Origin: Eledone cirrhosa
Taxonomy: Eukaryota
Assembly: GCA_964016885.1 (NCBI GenBank)
Contig: OZ024743.1
Location: forward strand, 67,456,001 to 67,520,000
Direction of reading: 5' to 3'
DNA length: 64,000 nt
The notes under the pieces are model-generated. The model saw only the letters and a program-made list of their open reading frames with translations. It had not been told where the DNA came from and ran no database searches. Of the stretch, positions 1 through 14,155 are shown in pieces. The number at the start of each line of letters is the position of its first letter. Position 1 is the stretch's first letter. Position numbers and translations under genes: made by a program.

Positions 1-189
1 ATCACATTAACACAAAAGTACAATACAAGACTATGAGAGACTCACATTAGTACTGGAATCCAAACAGCTCTATGTATGCATCACATTAGCGCAAATTACA
101 AAGCAGGACTCACTGAATTGTATTAGCCGAAAACAGCACTATGCTTACATCACCTTAGTACAAAAACTTATACTGTCTGTGTCACATTA

Positions 190-1580
190 GCACAAATGTA
201 CAAAAATAGCCCTATGATTGCATCACATTCCCACAAATGTACAAATTCCCACTATGACTGCATCACATTCCCACAAATATACAAAACAACACTATAACTG
301 CATTACATTCCCACAAATATAAAAAAACAATACTATAACTGCATTACATTACCACAAATATACAAAACAACACTATAACTGCATTACATTCCCACAAAGG
401 TACAAAACAACACTATAACTGCATTACATTCCCACAAATATAAAAAACAACATTATAACTGCATTACATTCCCACAAAAGTACAAACACTATAACTGCTT
501 TACATTCCCACAAAGGTACAAAACAGCACTATAACTGCATCACGTTCCCACACATATACAAAACAACACTATAACTGCATCACGTTCCCACAAATATACA
601 AAACAACACTATAACTGCATCACGTTCCCACACATATACAAAACAACACTATAACTGCATCACGTTCCCACACATATACAAAACAACACTATAACTGCAT
701 TCCCACAAAAGTACAAAACAACACTATAACTGCATCACGTTCCCACAAATATACAAAACAGCACTATAACTGCATCACGTTCCCACACATATACAAAACA
801 ACACTATAACTGCATCACGTTCCCACAAATATACAAAACAACACTATAACTGCATCACGTTCCCACACATATACAAAACAGCACTATAACTGCATCACGT
901 TCCCACAAATATACAAAACAGCACTATAACTGCATCACGTTCCCACACATATACAAAACAACACTATAACTGCATCACGTTCCCACAAATATACAAAACA
1001 GCACTATAACTGCATCACGTTCCCACACATATACAAAACAACACTATAACTGCATTACATTCCAACAAATATACAAAACAACACTATAACTGCATTCCCA
1101 CAAAAGTACAAAACAACACTATAACTGCATTACATTCCCACAAAGGTACAAAACAACACTATAACTGCATTACATTCCCACAAATATAAAAAACAACCTT
1201 ATAACTGCATTACATTCCCACAAAAGTACAAACACTATAACTGCTTTACATTCCAACAAAAGTACAATACAACACTATAACTAAATCACATTCCCACAAA
1301 TATACAAACAACACTATAACTGCATTACATTCCCACAAAAGTACAAAACAACACTATAACTGCATTACATTCCCACAAAAGTACAAAACAACACTATAAC
1401 TGCATTACATTCCCACAAAAGTATAAAACAACACTATAACTGCATTACATTCCCACAAAAGTACAAAACAACACTATAACTGCATTACATTCCCACAAAT
1501 ATACAAAACAACACTATAACTAAATCACGTTCCCACAAATATACAAACAAGACTATAACTGCATTACATCACCACAAAAG
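190..1580. repeat. 40-bp tandem minisatellite (about 35 units), degenerating towards both ends
   Basis: Unit ACAAAACAACACTATAACTGCATCACGTTCCCACAAATAT repeated head-to-tail with no spacers; the TACATTCCC and CACGTTCCC variants occur in blocks. Confidence 0.95.
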
Positions 1581-2223
1581 TAAACAACATCATTATGATA
1601 ATTGAATTAGTAAAAAACAGCATCATGACAGCATCACATTAAAATTTGAAATATTTTATACGATTACTGCACATTTTCACAACGTTCATATAAACACACA
1701 TAAAGATACTGTAAACATTTGAATAACCCAATAATTTTTAAACATTTTCAGCTAAATTATACCAGGAGTTGATAACAGTATTTGGTATTTTATTTGTGTA
1801 ATAATATTACAGAACATTTTGTATTGTAAGGTAGTTCTGATATTATTCGAAATAGCACCTTTGATTATTTAGTTCAAAGAGAGTTAGAGAAGACAGCATC
1901 TTGCATGATGAAGGCGTCACATGATGAGATAAAGCTGATGCAATCTTGACCGTATGGTGTAGCTTAAATGTATGGTTTAGCCAAAACTGCAGGGTTCCGC
2001 CTCACCATATTTCTCTGTCTTCTTTCTTTATTTCGCAACGATTTGATGTTTTTTTCCCGGTGTGTAAATATATCCAGGACCAGACAACATTCGAATTTTG
2101 TATATATGTACGTATACATAAATAAGCCTCCAGCGTTGTTCATCTCCATCTCCCGGTGACGATTTAACTGCGACTTTTGTCAGTATATATATATATGTAT
2201 ATCTATCTCTATATATATGTATG

Positions 2224-2273
<50 letters not shown>

Positions 2274-2397
2274 GGAGGTGAGTTTTATTGTAGTACAATA
2301 AAGCAATGCAGATATAGGATAAGAAGCACTCTACAGTTTGTAGGACTGGAGTATACATAATATATAAGATCAAAAGATGGTTAAATGAGTTCCATGT

Positions 2398-2466
2398 ATT
2401 TTATTATGCGCATTTCAAAAACAAATATCATCATGCAATAACATTTGTGTTTTCATCAGATAAAAT
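2398..2466 (-). ncRNA. Type I hammerhead ribozyme (mirror copy of 3131-3199)
   Basis: Reverse complement reads ATTTTAT CTGATGA stemII GAAA TGCGCA TA ATAAAAT. Confidence 0.88.
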
Positions 2467-3130
2467 GGGAGGACATGATATGAAGGTTAAAAAACACTTG
2501 TGGATAGTGCAGTTTTAAATCAACATATGAAAAGTAGTTTTAGATTGATGTGTGATATTGGGGAAAAAAATGTTTGAGGGGGGTGGGAGGTTGGAAAGGA
2601 TGAAAAAGAGGAGGAGATGAGAGTAATAAGTGGAGGGGGAGGAGTATAGTGAGGAAGGATGAGATAGGAGGAGAGATGGGTGATAGAGAGAGAGATATAG
2701 TTTTATAACTGAGAAAAATATATTGTTTTACATAGAGAGGTTGAAAAAACCGTTGGAAAATAATGTATAAATTAAAAGAATTTGAAAATTAACGAAGAGA
2801 AAAATAATGTAAAGTTAAGGTAAATTCTTTTAATTTATACATTATCTTCCAACGGTTTTTTCAACCTCTCTATGTAAAACAATATATTTTTCTCAGTTAT
2901 AAAAGCTATCTCTCTCTCTCTATCACCCATCTCTCCTCCTATCTCATCTTTCCTCACTATACTCCTCCCCCTCCACTTATTACTCTCATCTCCTCCTCTT
3001 TTTCATCCCCCCCCCCACCTCAAAAGATGTTTTCCACAATATCACACATCAATCTAAAACTACTTTTCATATGTTGATTTAAAACTGCACTATCCACAAG
3101 TGTTTTTTAACCTTCATATCATGTCCTCCT

Positions 3131-3199
3131 ATTTTATCTGATGAAAACACAAATGTTATTGCATGATGATATTTGTTTTTGAAATGCGCATAATAAAAT
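3131..3199 (+). ncRNA. Type I hammerhead ribozyme, intact core
   Basis: Stem I ATTTTAT/ATAAAAT; CTGATGA 3138-3144; stem II includes CAAATGTTATT/GATGATATTTG; GAAA 3181-3184; palindromic stem III ATGCGCAT; AUA cleavage triplet. Confidence 0.9.
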
Positions 3200-3399
3200 A
3201 CATGGAACTCATTTAACCATCTTTTCATCTTATATTATATATATATATATATATATATATTATGTCTGTCTTCAGTCGTCTGACGACTGAAGACAGACAT
3301 AACATCTGCCTTCAAGAAACCACTGGTAAATGAAATAATTATCTTATGTTGTTTATTTCATACTTAATACATATATATATATACATATATATGTATATA

Positions 3400-4201
<802 letters not shown>

Positions 4202-4539
4202 TGGTAAAAGTAAAAGAAAATGCTGACAAGTTGTTCCCAGTGGAAAATAGATTAATTAGGAATAAGTAAAAATTAGTAATAAGTATTGGTTAGTATTCAG
4301 TTTTGGTTTTAAGTTTTTACCGGTTGCGCATTTCTAATGGTTTTCAAAAATAATTTTGAGATAGAGCGCCTGTGATGTTTGCTCTAATCTGATTAGTTTT
4401 GGAAATTCTACCTGTTTTATGTGAAAAAAGTGGCTCCAGATGTATTAAAATAAGTTTCGCGCCAATTCGTGTTGCAAAAATTCTTGTGGTCAAAACAATT
4501 TTGATTAGTCGGTAGAGGTCATGTGAATGTTAAAAATTG

Positions 4540-4570
<31 letters not shown>

Positions 4571-4576
<6 letters not shown>

Positions 4577-4778
4577 GTGAGGTTTTTTTTTTACAAAATG
4601 AAAAATAACCGAGGTGTCCTACACGAGTGAAAGTATAAATAAAAAGAGATGAAATCGAAAATGCAACTGAAGTCTTATTTTTTTTTTAAATATATATATT
4701 TATTTGGTTCCTTTACCGGTTTCGCAGTTCTTCTGCTTTTCAAAAGGTGAGTTGAGATGGAGGGTCTGTGGTTTTTCT

Positions 4779-4780
<2 letters not shown>
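4571..4780 (-). mobile_element. Family A ~210-bp HHR element nested in a (TA)n tract of family B
   Basis: Absent from the mirror arm (short TA tract 5882-5893); homologous to copies at 20544, 31835, 35427, 45818, 46449 and 48875. Confidence 0.88.
4710..4747 (-). ncRNA. Minimal hammerhead with U3:A8 core variant (family A)
   Basis: Reverse complement: CCTT TTGAAAA GCAG-AAGAA-CTGC GAAA CCGG TA AAGG; stem III palindrome ACCGGT; GUA triplet. Confidence 0.8.
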
Positions 4781-4844
<64 letters not shown>

Positions 4845-6316
4845 TATATTTAACTTTAGTAACTTTCATAGGTTTTGGCCATTATTGACGCAAGCCATGT
4901 CTAACTTAGCACAACGTGACAAAGTGTTTCAGACAATGATTCGCACCTGTCATGTTTTGGACCACTAGAGTAGTAGAGAGTTATTTTCTCAGACGTATCT
5001 GGCTGTAGGGGATTTACCCGGGGACATTTTGAATTTCATGGCATCTGTTTCTGTTTTGATGTATTTTTGTGTGATATTAAATTTGAGGTGAAATTTTTGT
5101 GTCATAAACGTGCTATGAAATGTGAGTTTTTTGAAAATGTTATTTATTCATTATACAAATTAAATGATATCATTCTGTATGTGGGTGCCCTCACCCTTTA
5201 TCTCCTGGCAAACAATATTTTTAGACCCAGTCCGCCACTGTATTTATATATATAAAACGACTTAACAACTGTTTTGTGTTCCTGTCACCTATGTTTTCTC
5301 TAAACATTCTTGATAATGCATATTTTGCTGAGATACAGTTTCGAAGGTGTACATTAGGTAGGATATATGTCTATAACATTTTGAAAAATAAATTGTCGTT
5401 TACACTCATGGAAATTACTGGAAGTTTTCTATTATTACAAAACTATGTCCCAAACAGTTGACAACAATCAATTTCACGAAATATATTGAATCTAGCGCCA
5501 TCTGAAGACTGGGTCTAAAAATATTGTTTGCCAGGAGATAAACAGGGAGGGCACCCACATACAGAATGATATCTTTAAATTTTTATAATGAATAAATAAC
5601 ATTTTCAAAAAACTCACATTTCATAGCACGTTTATGACACAAATATTTCACCTCAACTTTAATATCACACAAAAATACATCAAAACAGAAACAGATGCCA
5701 TGAAATTCAAAATGTCCCCGGGTAAATCCCCTACAGCCAGATACGTCTGAGAAAATAACTCTCTACTACTCTAGTGGTCCAAAACATGACAGGTGTCTGA
5801 AATACTTTGTCAGGTTGTGCTAAGTTAGACATGGCTTGCGTCAATACTGGCCAAAACCTATGAAAGTTACTAAAGTTAAACATATATATATATAAAATCA
5901 ATTTTTAAAATTCACATGACCTCTACCAACCAATAAAAGTTATTTTGACCACAATAATTTTTGCAACCCAAATTGGCGCGAAACTTATTTTAATACATCT
6001 GGAGTCACTTTTTTCACGTAAAACAGGTAGAATTTCCAAAACTAATCAGATTAGAGCAAACATCACAGGCGCTCTATCTAAAAATTATTTTTGAAAAGCA
6101 TTAGAAATGCGCAACCGGTAAAAACTTAAAACCAAAACTGAATACTAACCAATACTTATTACTAATTTTTGCTTATTCCTAATTAAACTATTTTTCACTG
6201 GTAACAATTTGTCAGCATTTTCTTTTCCTTTTACCAATATATCATAACTCGTGAGTTACACCTATATTCTTTTAAATATATATACATATATATACATATA
6301 CATATATATACATATA

Positions 6317-6502
<186 letters not shown>

Positions 6503-6603
6503 CATATGCATATGTATATATAAATATATATATATATGGGTATAGATATATATGAGTATATATATATGTATATATATATATTTACATATACATATACATA
6601 CAT

Positions 6604-6837
<234 letters not shown>

Positions 6838-7308
6838 ATATATCAAATATTAGGAGCAGACAACCGAAGGAGAGCAACTACAATATATCTATTATCTTCT
6901 ATTCAGAGGACGTGAAACTATTGTCTTAAATTTCAGTCATAGTGAAGCTGTGTCGAAATGATGTGAGACCTTCAATGGAAACTGAGCGTATTTGCATATT
7001 TAATTGGCAATGGAATAGTATTCTAGTTAAGTAGACCCAGTCAGTGCTATTGATACTTTCTAATTGAATCACATTTGAATAATATCCATAAGAATCGAAT
7101 CTCATAGATAATTGTACATTGTAAGCCTGTCAGAATAACTTCGTTTCAGACATGCACCCATATACACTCTGTGTATATACACAGACGGACTTGTGCACAA
7201 ATTACATACATATACACACACACACATATATATATATATGTGTGTGTGTTAGTGTGTGCGCGTGTAAGTATACATATTCTTACATGTATGTATATATACA
7301 TCACTCTC

Positions 7309-7357
<49 letters not shown>

Positions 7358-7476
7358 ATATATATATATATATATAAAATAGGTATATAGATAGACAGAT
7401 AGATAGATATAGATACAGATATATGCATACATATGTGTGTGTATATATATATGTATATTTATATATTTATATACAC

Positions 7477-7508
<32 letters not shown>

Positions 7509-7545
7509 TGTATATATACGTGTATATGTATATATGTACATACAA

Positions 7546-7582
<37 letters not shown>

Positions 7583-7770
7583 AACGTGTATATGTATATA
7601 TGTACATACACACACACACACACACACAGACACACACACACACACACACAGATATATATATATATATATATATATATATGGTGAGAGAGAGAGAGAGAGA
7701 GTTATGTAGATAGATAGATAGATAGGTGCGTATCTACCTACCTATCTATCTATCTATCTATAGATAGACA

Positions 7771-8719
7771 TCGAATGTGCTCAGGCGCTCACTGCCCTCT
7801 GGCAGGCGGACCCGGGGATCAGTGGAGGCTCCACTTCGTAATTCTATAGAGGGTTGATCCGCAGCCTGTGCGACGACGCGCTCGGTGAAACTCTAGGCGT
7901 AGAGGAAGATGAACTGGCCAGTCTGTTCGGTAGGACCTTCCGCCCGGAACCGATGGACAACTTCCAAAAGTCCCTGGCCTGGCAGTGCTACCGAGGAGCT
8001 CTACCAGTTCGAGACAAGCTCTACAGACATGGGCGCCCGGGCAGGGACCCTGCAAAAAAGATCTGTCCGAGGTGCGTGCGAGATGAATAAACCGTCGCGC
8101 ACGCATTCATACACTGCCCGGGCGTCACTGACCTGTGGGGCTATGTAGAACGACTATTGTCGCGGGTGGGACCAATCCGGTTGACCACCGAGTCCATTGT
8201 CATGATCAAACCGCCACCCTCCTTCAAAACGAAGGAGAGGCGGTTTTCCTTTGTGTGATAGCTATGGCGAAAGAAGTTGTATGGTGGAGAAGGTTGAAAG
8301 GGCTGAGGTCAGACACCTTTCTCTCCGGCCAACAACTGATTCTTTTTTTCAAATACCACTTTGGATGAAGAATCAGGATGGAGAGAGAGGTGCTGTACCC
8401 CAGCAAGTTTTATGAAAGGTGGGTGAAAGTGGCGAGAATGGCCCGAGTGAATGGGCCTTCTCTCTATATCAGCCTGTAGGTTGAGGAAATGGAGGAGGAG
8501 AGGAAAGGAATACAAACTATTCGTACTCCTGGAGATGAGGGTTGCACATTTTTTTCAGGGGTATGTGTTACCTATATAAACTGTCTCCCCCTATTTGGGA
8601 AAATCGACACATTTTTTTAAATTGCATTTGTAATAACATTTTACAAGTTTTTATTGTATGTAAACTTCCCCCTTTGTATTTGTCCCCTTCTTTTGTGCCC
8701 CTGTGGTAATAAAGAAACA
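7771..8719 (+). mobile_element. 5'-truncated Tx1/L1-clade LINE (C-terminal zf-RVT region and 3' UTR)
   Basis: LAWQCYRGALPVRDKLYRHG...CPRC...TVAHAFIHCP; AATAAA at the 3' end; 16-bp TSD TATCTATAGATAGACA at 7755-7770 and 8720-8735. Confidence 0.88.
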
Positions 8720-8850
8720 TATCTATAGATAGACAGATAGATATATATAGATATAGATACATATGTGTGATAGATAGATAGGTAGATACGCACACATAAA
8801 TCTACGTTCTGTCACGGTAGTCATTGTATTCTTGTCTAACAGATACTTAC

Positions 8851-9025
8851 AGAGGTCTGAAGTCACGTAATATTTCCATCAGCGGAACAGCCTGAAGAAT
8901 GGCATGTCTGCTGTATATGCTGTATATCATAGAATACTGTAATATATGAAAATGGTGAAGGTACCAACATCCGAAATATATCTTGCTTTGTAAATCTCGT
9001 AGTAGAGTGCTCAAATCTTGGAAAT
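8851..9025 (-). CDS. Candidate host exon, product unknown
   Basis: Minus-strand acceptor gtattgcag and donor GTAAGT; one frame is open (FQDLSTLLRDLQSKIYFG...AVPLMEILRDFRP); non-repetitive sequence; alternative internal acceptors exist. Confidence 0.35.
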
Positions 9026-9582
9026 CTGCAATACATTAGTATACGGCATACATTTATTCAGATTACATCTTATAGAAACTACATAGCAAGGGTTTTAATG
9101 TAAAATTCCTTGACAATGCTGGGTATAACCTTCCGTAAAGGGCTTTATACTCAGTATTAGGTTTCTTTCTGAGGGAAAGTTTTACAACGAGATGCTTTTC
9201 TTGTCGCCAAATCTTCGACGCTGGTCTTACGTCATTCGTTACCTGAGTGATTACATGCAGTAACTCTTATAGAAATTATACCAATAACATATATGCAACG
9301 AAAATACGTCTCTTTTGATCAAAGCGATTATATAAAGGAGTGGCGAATATAAATATAAATACACTCGCTACATCGTTTCTAATGATAGGACGAGGGATTT
9401 GATAATAATATCATGTAATGAAATAAATGCACACTTACATACACACACATAAATACACACACACACACACACTCACGCACGCACACACACACACTCACAG
9501 ACACACACATATATAGATGCATACATAGACATACCAGCACACATCCATACACACACACACACATATTTATATATATATATAT

Positions 9583-9725
9583 TTAATATAGAAAGGATTC
9601 TACAGGACTTGAACTGTTTCATTCGGTAGAAATTACCTGGAAGTCTTTATTAAATATTTATACAGTGCTATGTATTGAGTATCTTACTTACTTGTGGTTA
9701 TCCCCGATTGAACCCGGGATAAACA
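9583..9725. mobile_element. Family C pLTR fragment with 5' inversion and degenerate HHR
   Basis: Homologous to 30545-30737; the inverted part reads GACTT...ATTTC-TACC-GAAT GAAA CAGT TC AAGTC on the minus strand. Confidence 0.7.
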
Positions 9726-9749
9726 TATATATAAATATAGATATATATA

Positions 9750-12410
9750 TGGAGGAAGTTATAGTTCACTTGAAGCATTGTGTAATGAGGTATACACGTT
9801 TGTATATGTATAATAAAGCCAAAACAATGCAGGTATGGACATAGAATAAAGAATGCAAATGCAAAAGATATTGTTGACAATTAGTCTTTTACCTTAGATT
9901 TATTTAAATGTCCTTAATTTTCGAGATAATATCTCTTCTTCGGAGGGAAGTTAAACCAGTGTTCTAAATAGCTTGCCAAGTCATGCTGACAGGAAATGGT
10001 ATAGAGTATCTGTTCTATCTCTAATGTCAAAGAGTTAAGGTTAAGTGGATAAAGAGTAGTCTCCCTTTAAAAGGTTTTTTTTTTGTACATGCTTGTTTAA
10101 GTGTGTGGGAGAATGCGTGAAGGTGTAGGTATGTGTGCGTGAGTGTGAGAAGATATGTCTATACGTAAATGTGGGGGATAGATGTTATCTCGTGTTAGAA
10201 CTTGTCTTTGTGTGTGTATGTGTGTGTGTGAAAGAGAATAAGTGGAGGTGTAAGCGTGTGTGTGTGTGTACGTGTGTGTGTGTGTGCGTGTGTGTGTGCG
10301 TTTGTGTGGGAGGGGTGGAGTAAATATGGGACTAGGTGCTCTATCAAGTTATAAATTGGGTGTTGAGTTCTAGTCTATTATTATTGGTGGTGGTGTTTTG
10401 TCTATAATTAGTGTTCCTTAATTCTAAGATTGCCGAGGTTTCTTTCCTTAGTTTCTATCGTAACTGTTATGGTTTAGTCGGTGCTTTTGCATTTAACTAG
10501 GTGTTTCTTATATGAGGAAGCGTTAGTATTGAGGTGTTCTTTTATACTTATGTGGAGTGGTCTGGTGGTGCTACCTACGTAGAAGTTGCTGCATTTGTCG
10601 CACTCTAGTCTGTATACGACGTAAGCCCGGTGGCATAGGTATGTGTCGTTGATGGTGCAGTTGGCTAGCCTGCAGCGGTTGTCATGCCTGGTTGAGTGTG
10701 TTTGGTTAGCTGTCCGCTAGAGAAGGACCTGAGTGGGCCAGTTGGATATCTAGTCCCTTTCGTCTGATAGCTCTGCGGATGGCTGTTGTTGTTTCGTTAC
10801 TGAAGTGTGGGAGCTTCAGGAAGCAAGTGTTAGTGCCTCGGGTGTGGTGTCCTCTGTTCTTTCTGGCACGGTTTGTGGTGGATGTCTTGTATCCGTTCAG
10901 TTTGAGTACTTCCAGGAAATGTGTGGTGTGTGTGCCTCGATCTCTAGCGTCGGTGCATTTGTTCTGGATACGTGTTAGTTCGTTCCTTATGTATCCGAAC
11001 TTAGCGCTGACTGGGAGCGCCGATCTTAAATGTACGAACAGATCCCTGCTGGCGGCTTTTTTATAGGAGCAGGTGTGGATGTTGCCTGCCTCTGTTACCC
11101 TGAGTTGGAAGTCCAGCAGGGATAGGGATCCGCGGTCATCGGGGTGTTCCATGCAGAACTTTATACTGGCGTCCATGCTGGAGAATGTTGTGTATATTTT
11201 ATCCGCCTCCTCATGGGATGATGTAAGGATGAGTATGTCATCTACATATCGGGTGAAGAAGGTATGGGAATGGCAGGTGTTGAGGGCTCGGCATTCTAGC
11301 TGGTTCATATAGGTGATGGCCAGCAGGCCCGATAGGCTGGATCCCATGGGTAATACTGTTGTCTGTCAGTATGTGTGGGAGTGGAAGCTGAAGTACGTGT
11401 TGTCCACTGTGAAGGACAAAAACTTGTGTATGTCCGTCGGATGGAGGCCGTAACTGTGGATGTCCTCTGCGACCACGCAGTCCGTCAATAAATCGACAGC
11501 TGGAGACAACGTCGAGGCTAAAGGCGTATCTATTTAGTTCAAGTTGTTCTGGCTGGAGTTGGTGTAGTCTACGTATGGCTTCGTCGGAGCTACTGACATG
11601 CTCGGGAAAGGTGTAGAGTAGAGGCTTGAGGACCTCGGAGAGGAGCCAGGTAATTTTGTATAGGGGTCCTTCTATTCTAGAAACGATGGGTCTTATTTGT
11701 GTCTTAATACTATTCTTGTGTGTCTTGAAGAGGTGGTAGAAAGTGGGCAGTCTGCTATTTCTAGTGGTGTAGTTGAGCTTAACTTTATTTGGGAGTTGTC
11801 TTCTCCTACAGATGTCGAACCAGATGGAATTGGTCTGTTTTTCGATCTGGGCTGAAGTCATGTCCAGGATCTCTGTATATAGTTCATTGTCGCTTAGGTG
11901 TTCAAAGGCTAGGTTGTTGTATGTGGCTTGAGAGATGACGCAAAACCCATTACCTTTGTCGGATGGTAAGTATATATGTTCCCTATTCCGTAGGTTTTTC
12001 AGGGCGAGTTGTGTCCTGGAGAGGTTTGGGGCTATCTTCTTCTGTTTCCGTAAGATGTTAAATACGGAAGTTTTTAGCCTCGAGAGTTTTTATTCAAGCT
12101 CGCGGTTGGCAGGTGGTGGACAGAGTTGGCGATCCAGTTGGTACATCGGGAATCTGGGTTTGTTAGATTCCGTGGTGTTGTTGCCGAGAGTCGATATCCA
12201 TTTTAGTTGGTAGGCAGCCCGACAGAAATTCGTTTCTATGTCGAGCCATAATTTGTCGTCCAGTCTCTGTTTCAATATGAACTTGGGACCCAGGATGAGG
12301 AGGGCTAATTCCACTCGGGAGAGGGATCCTGTAAAATCTGTGACGAGGTGTTTTGCGTCAGGTGTGTTGTTGGTCGGGAGGGTGTTGATTCCCTCTTATT
12401 CACGTCTGTT
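9750..12410 (-). mobile_element. Near full-length decayed Penelope-like element (RT + C-terminal GIY-YIG + pLTR HHR)
   Basis: Frameshifted RT: LPTFYHLFKTHK..IRPIVS, MGSSLSGLLA, FFTRYVDDILIL, LSLLDFQL; 10400-10710 translates to CRLANC..VVYRLECDKCSNFYVGSTTRPLHISIKEH (not in the ORF track). Confidence 0.93.
9912..9946 (-). ncRNA. Minimal hammerhead candidate in the 3' pLTR of the PLE (U4C, extra A)
   Basis: CCT CCGAAGA A GAGAT-ATT-ATCTC GAAA AT TA AGG, followed by AATAAA. Confidence 0.6.
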
Positions 12411-12430
12411 CTATATATATATATACAAAC

Positions 12431-13305
<875 letters not shown>

Positions 13306-13354
13306 ATATATATATATATATATATATCTATATATATATATATATATATATATC

Positions 13355-14154
<800 letters not shown>

Positions 14155-14155
<1 letters not shown>

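Larger units (their letters stand above)
2358..3237. mobile_element. Fold-back (inverted duplicate) PLE pseudo-LTR-like unit carrying two hammerheads
   Basis: 2358-2783 is the reverse complement of 2822-3237; each arm has an HHR near its outer end; (TA)n flanks. Confidence 0.85.
4201..6240. mobile_element. Large fold-back element (family B) with an HHR-like motif in each arm
   Basis: 4201-5231 (minus the nested insertion) is the reverse complement of 5509-6240; motif TTT TTGAAAA GCAT-TAGAA-ATGC GCAA CCGG TA AAA at 6088-6123 and mirrored near 4315-4350; third copy at 35000-35347. Confidence 0.8.

Noticed and set aside
190-1580. CRISPR-like array
   Set aside because: Units are contiguous with no unique spacers, there are no cas genes, and the context is eukaryotic.
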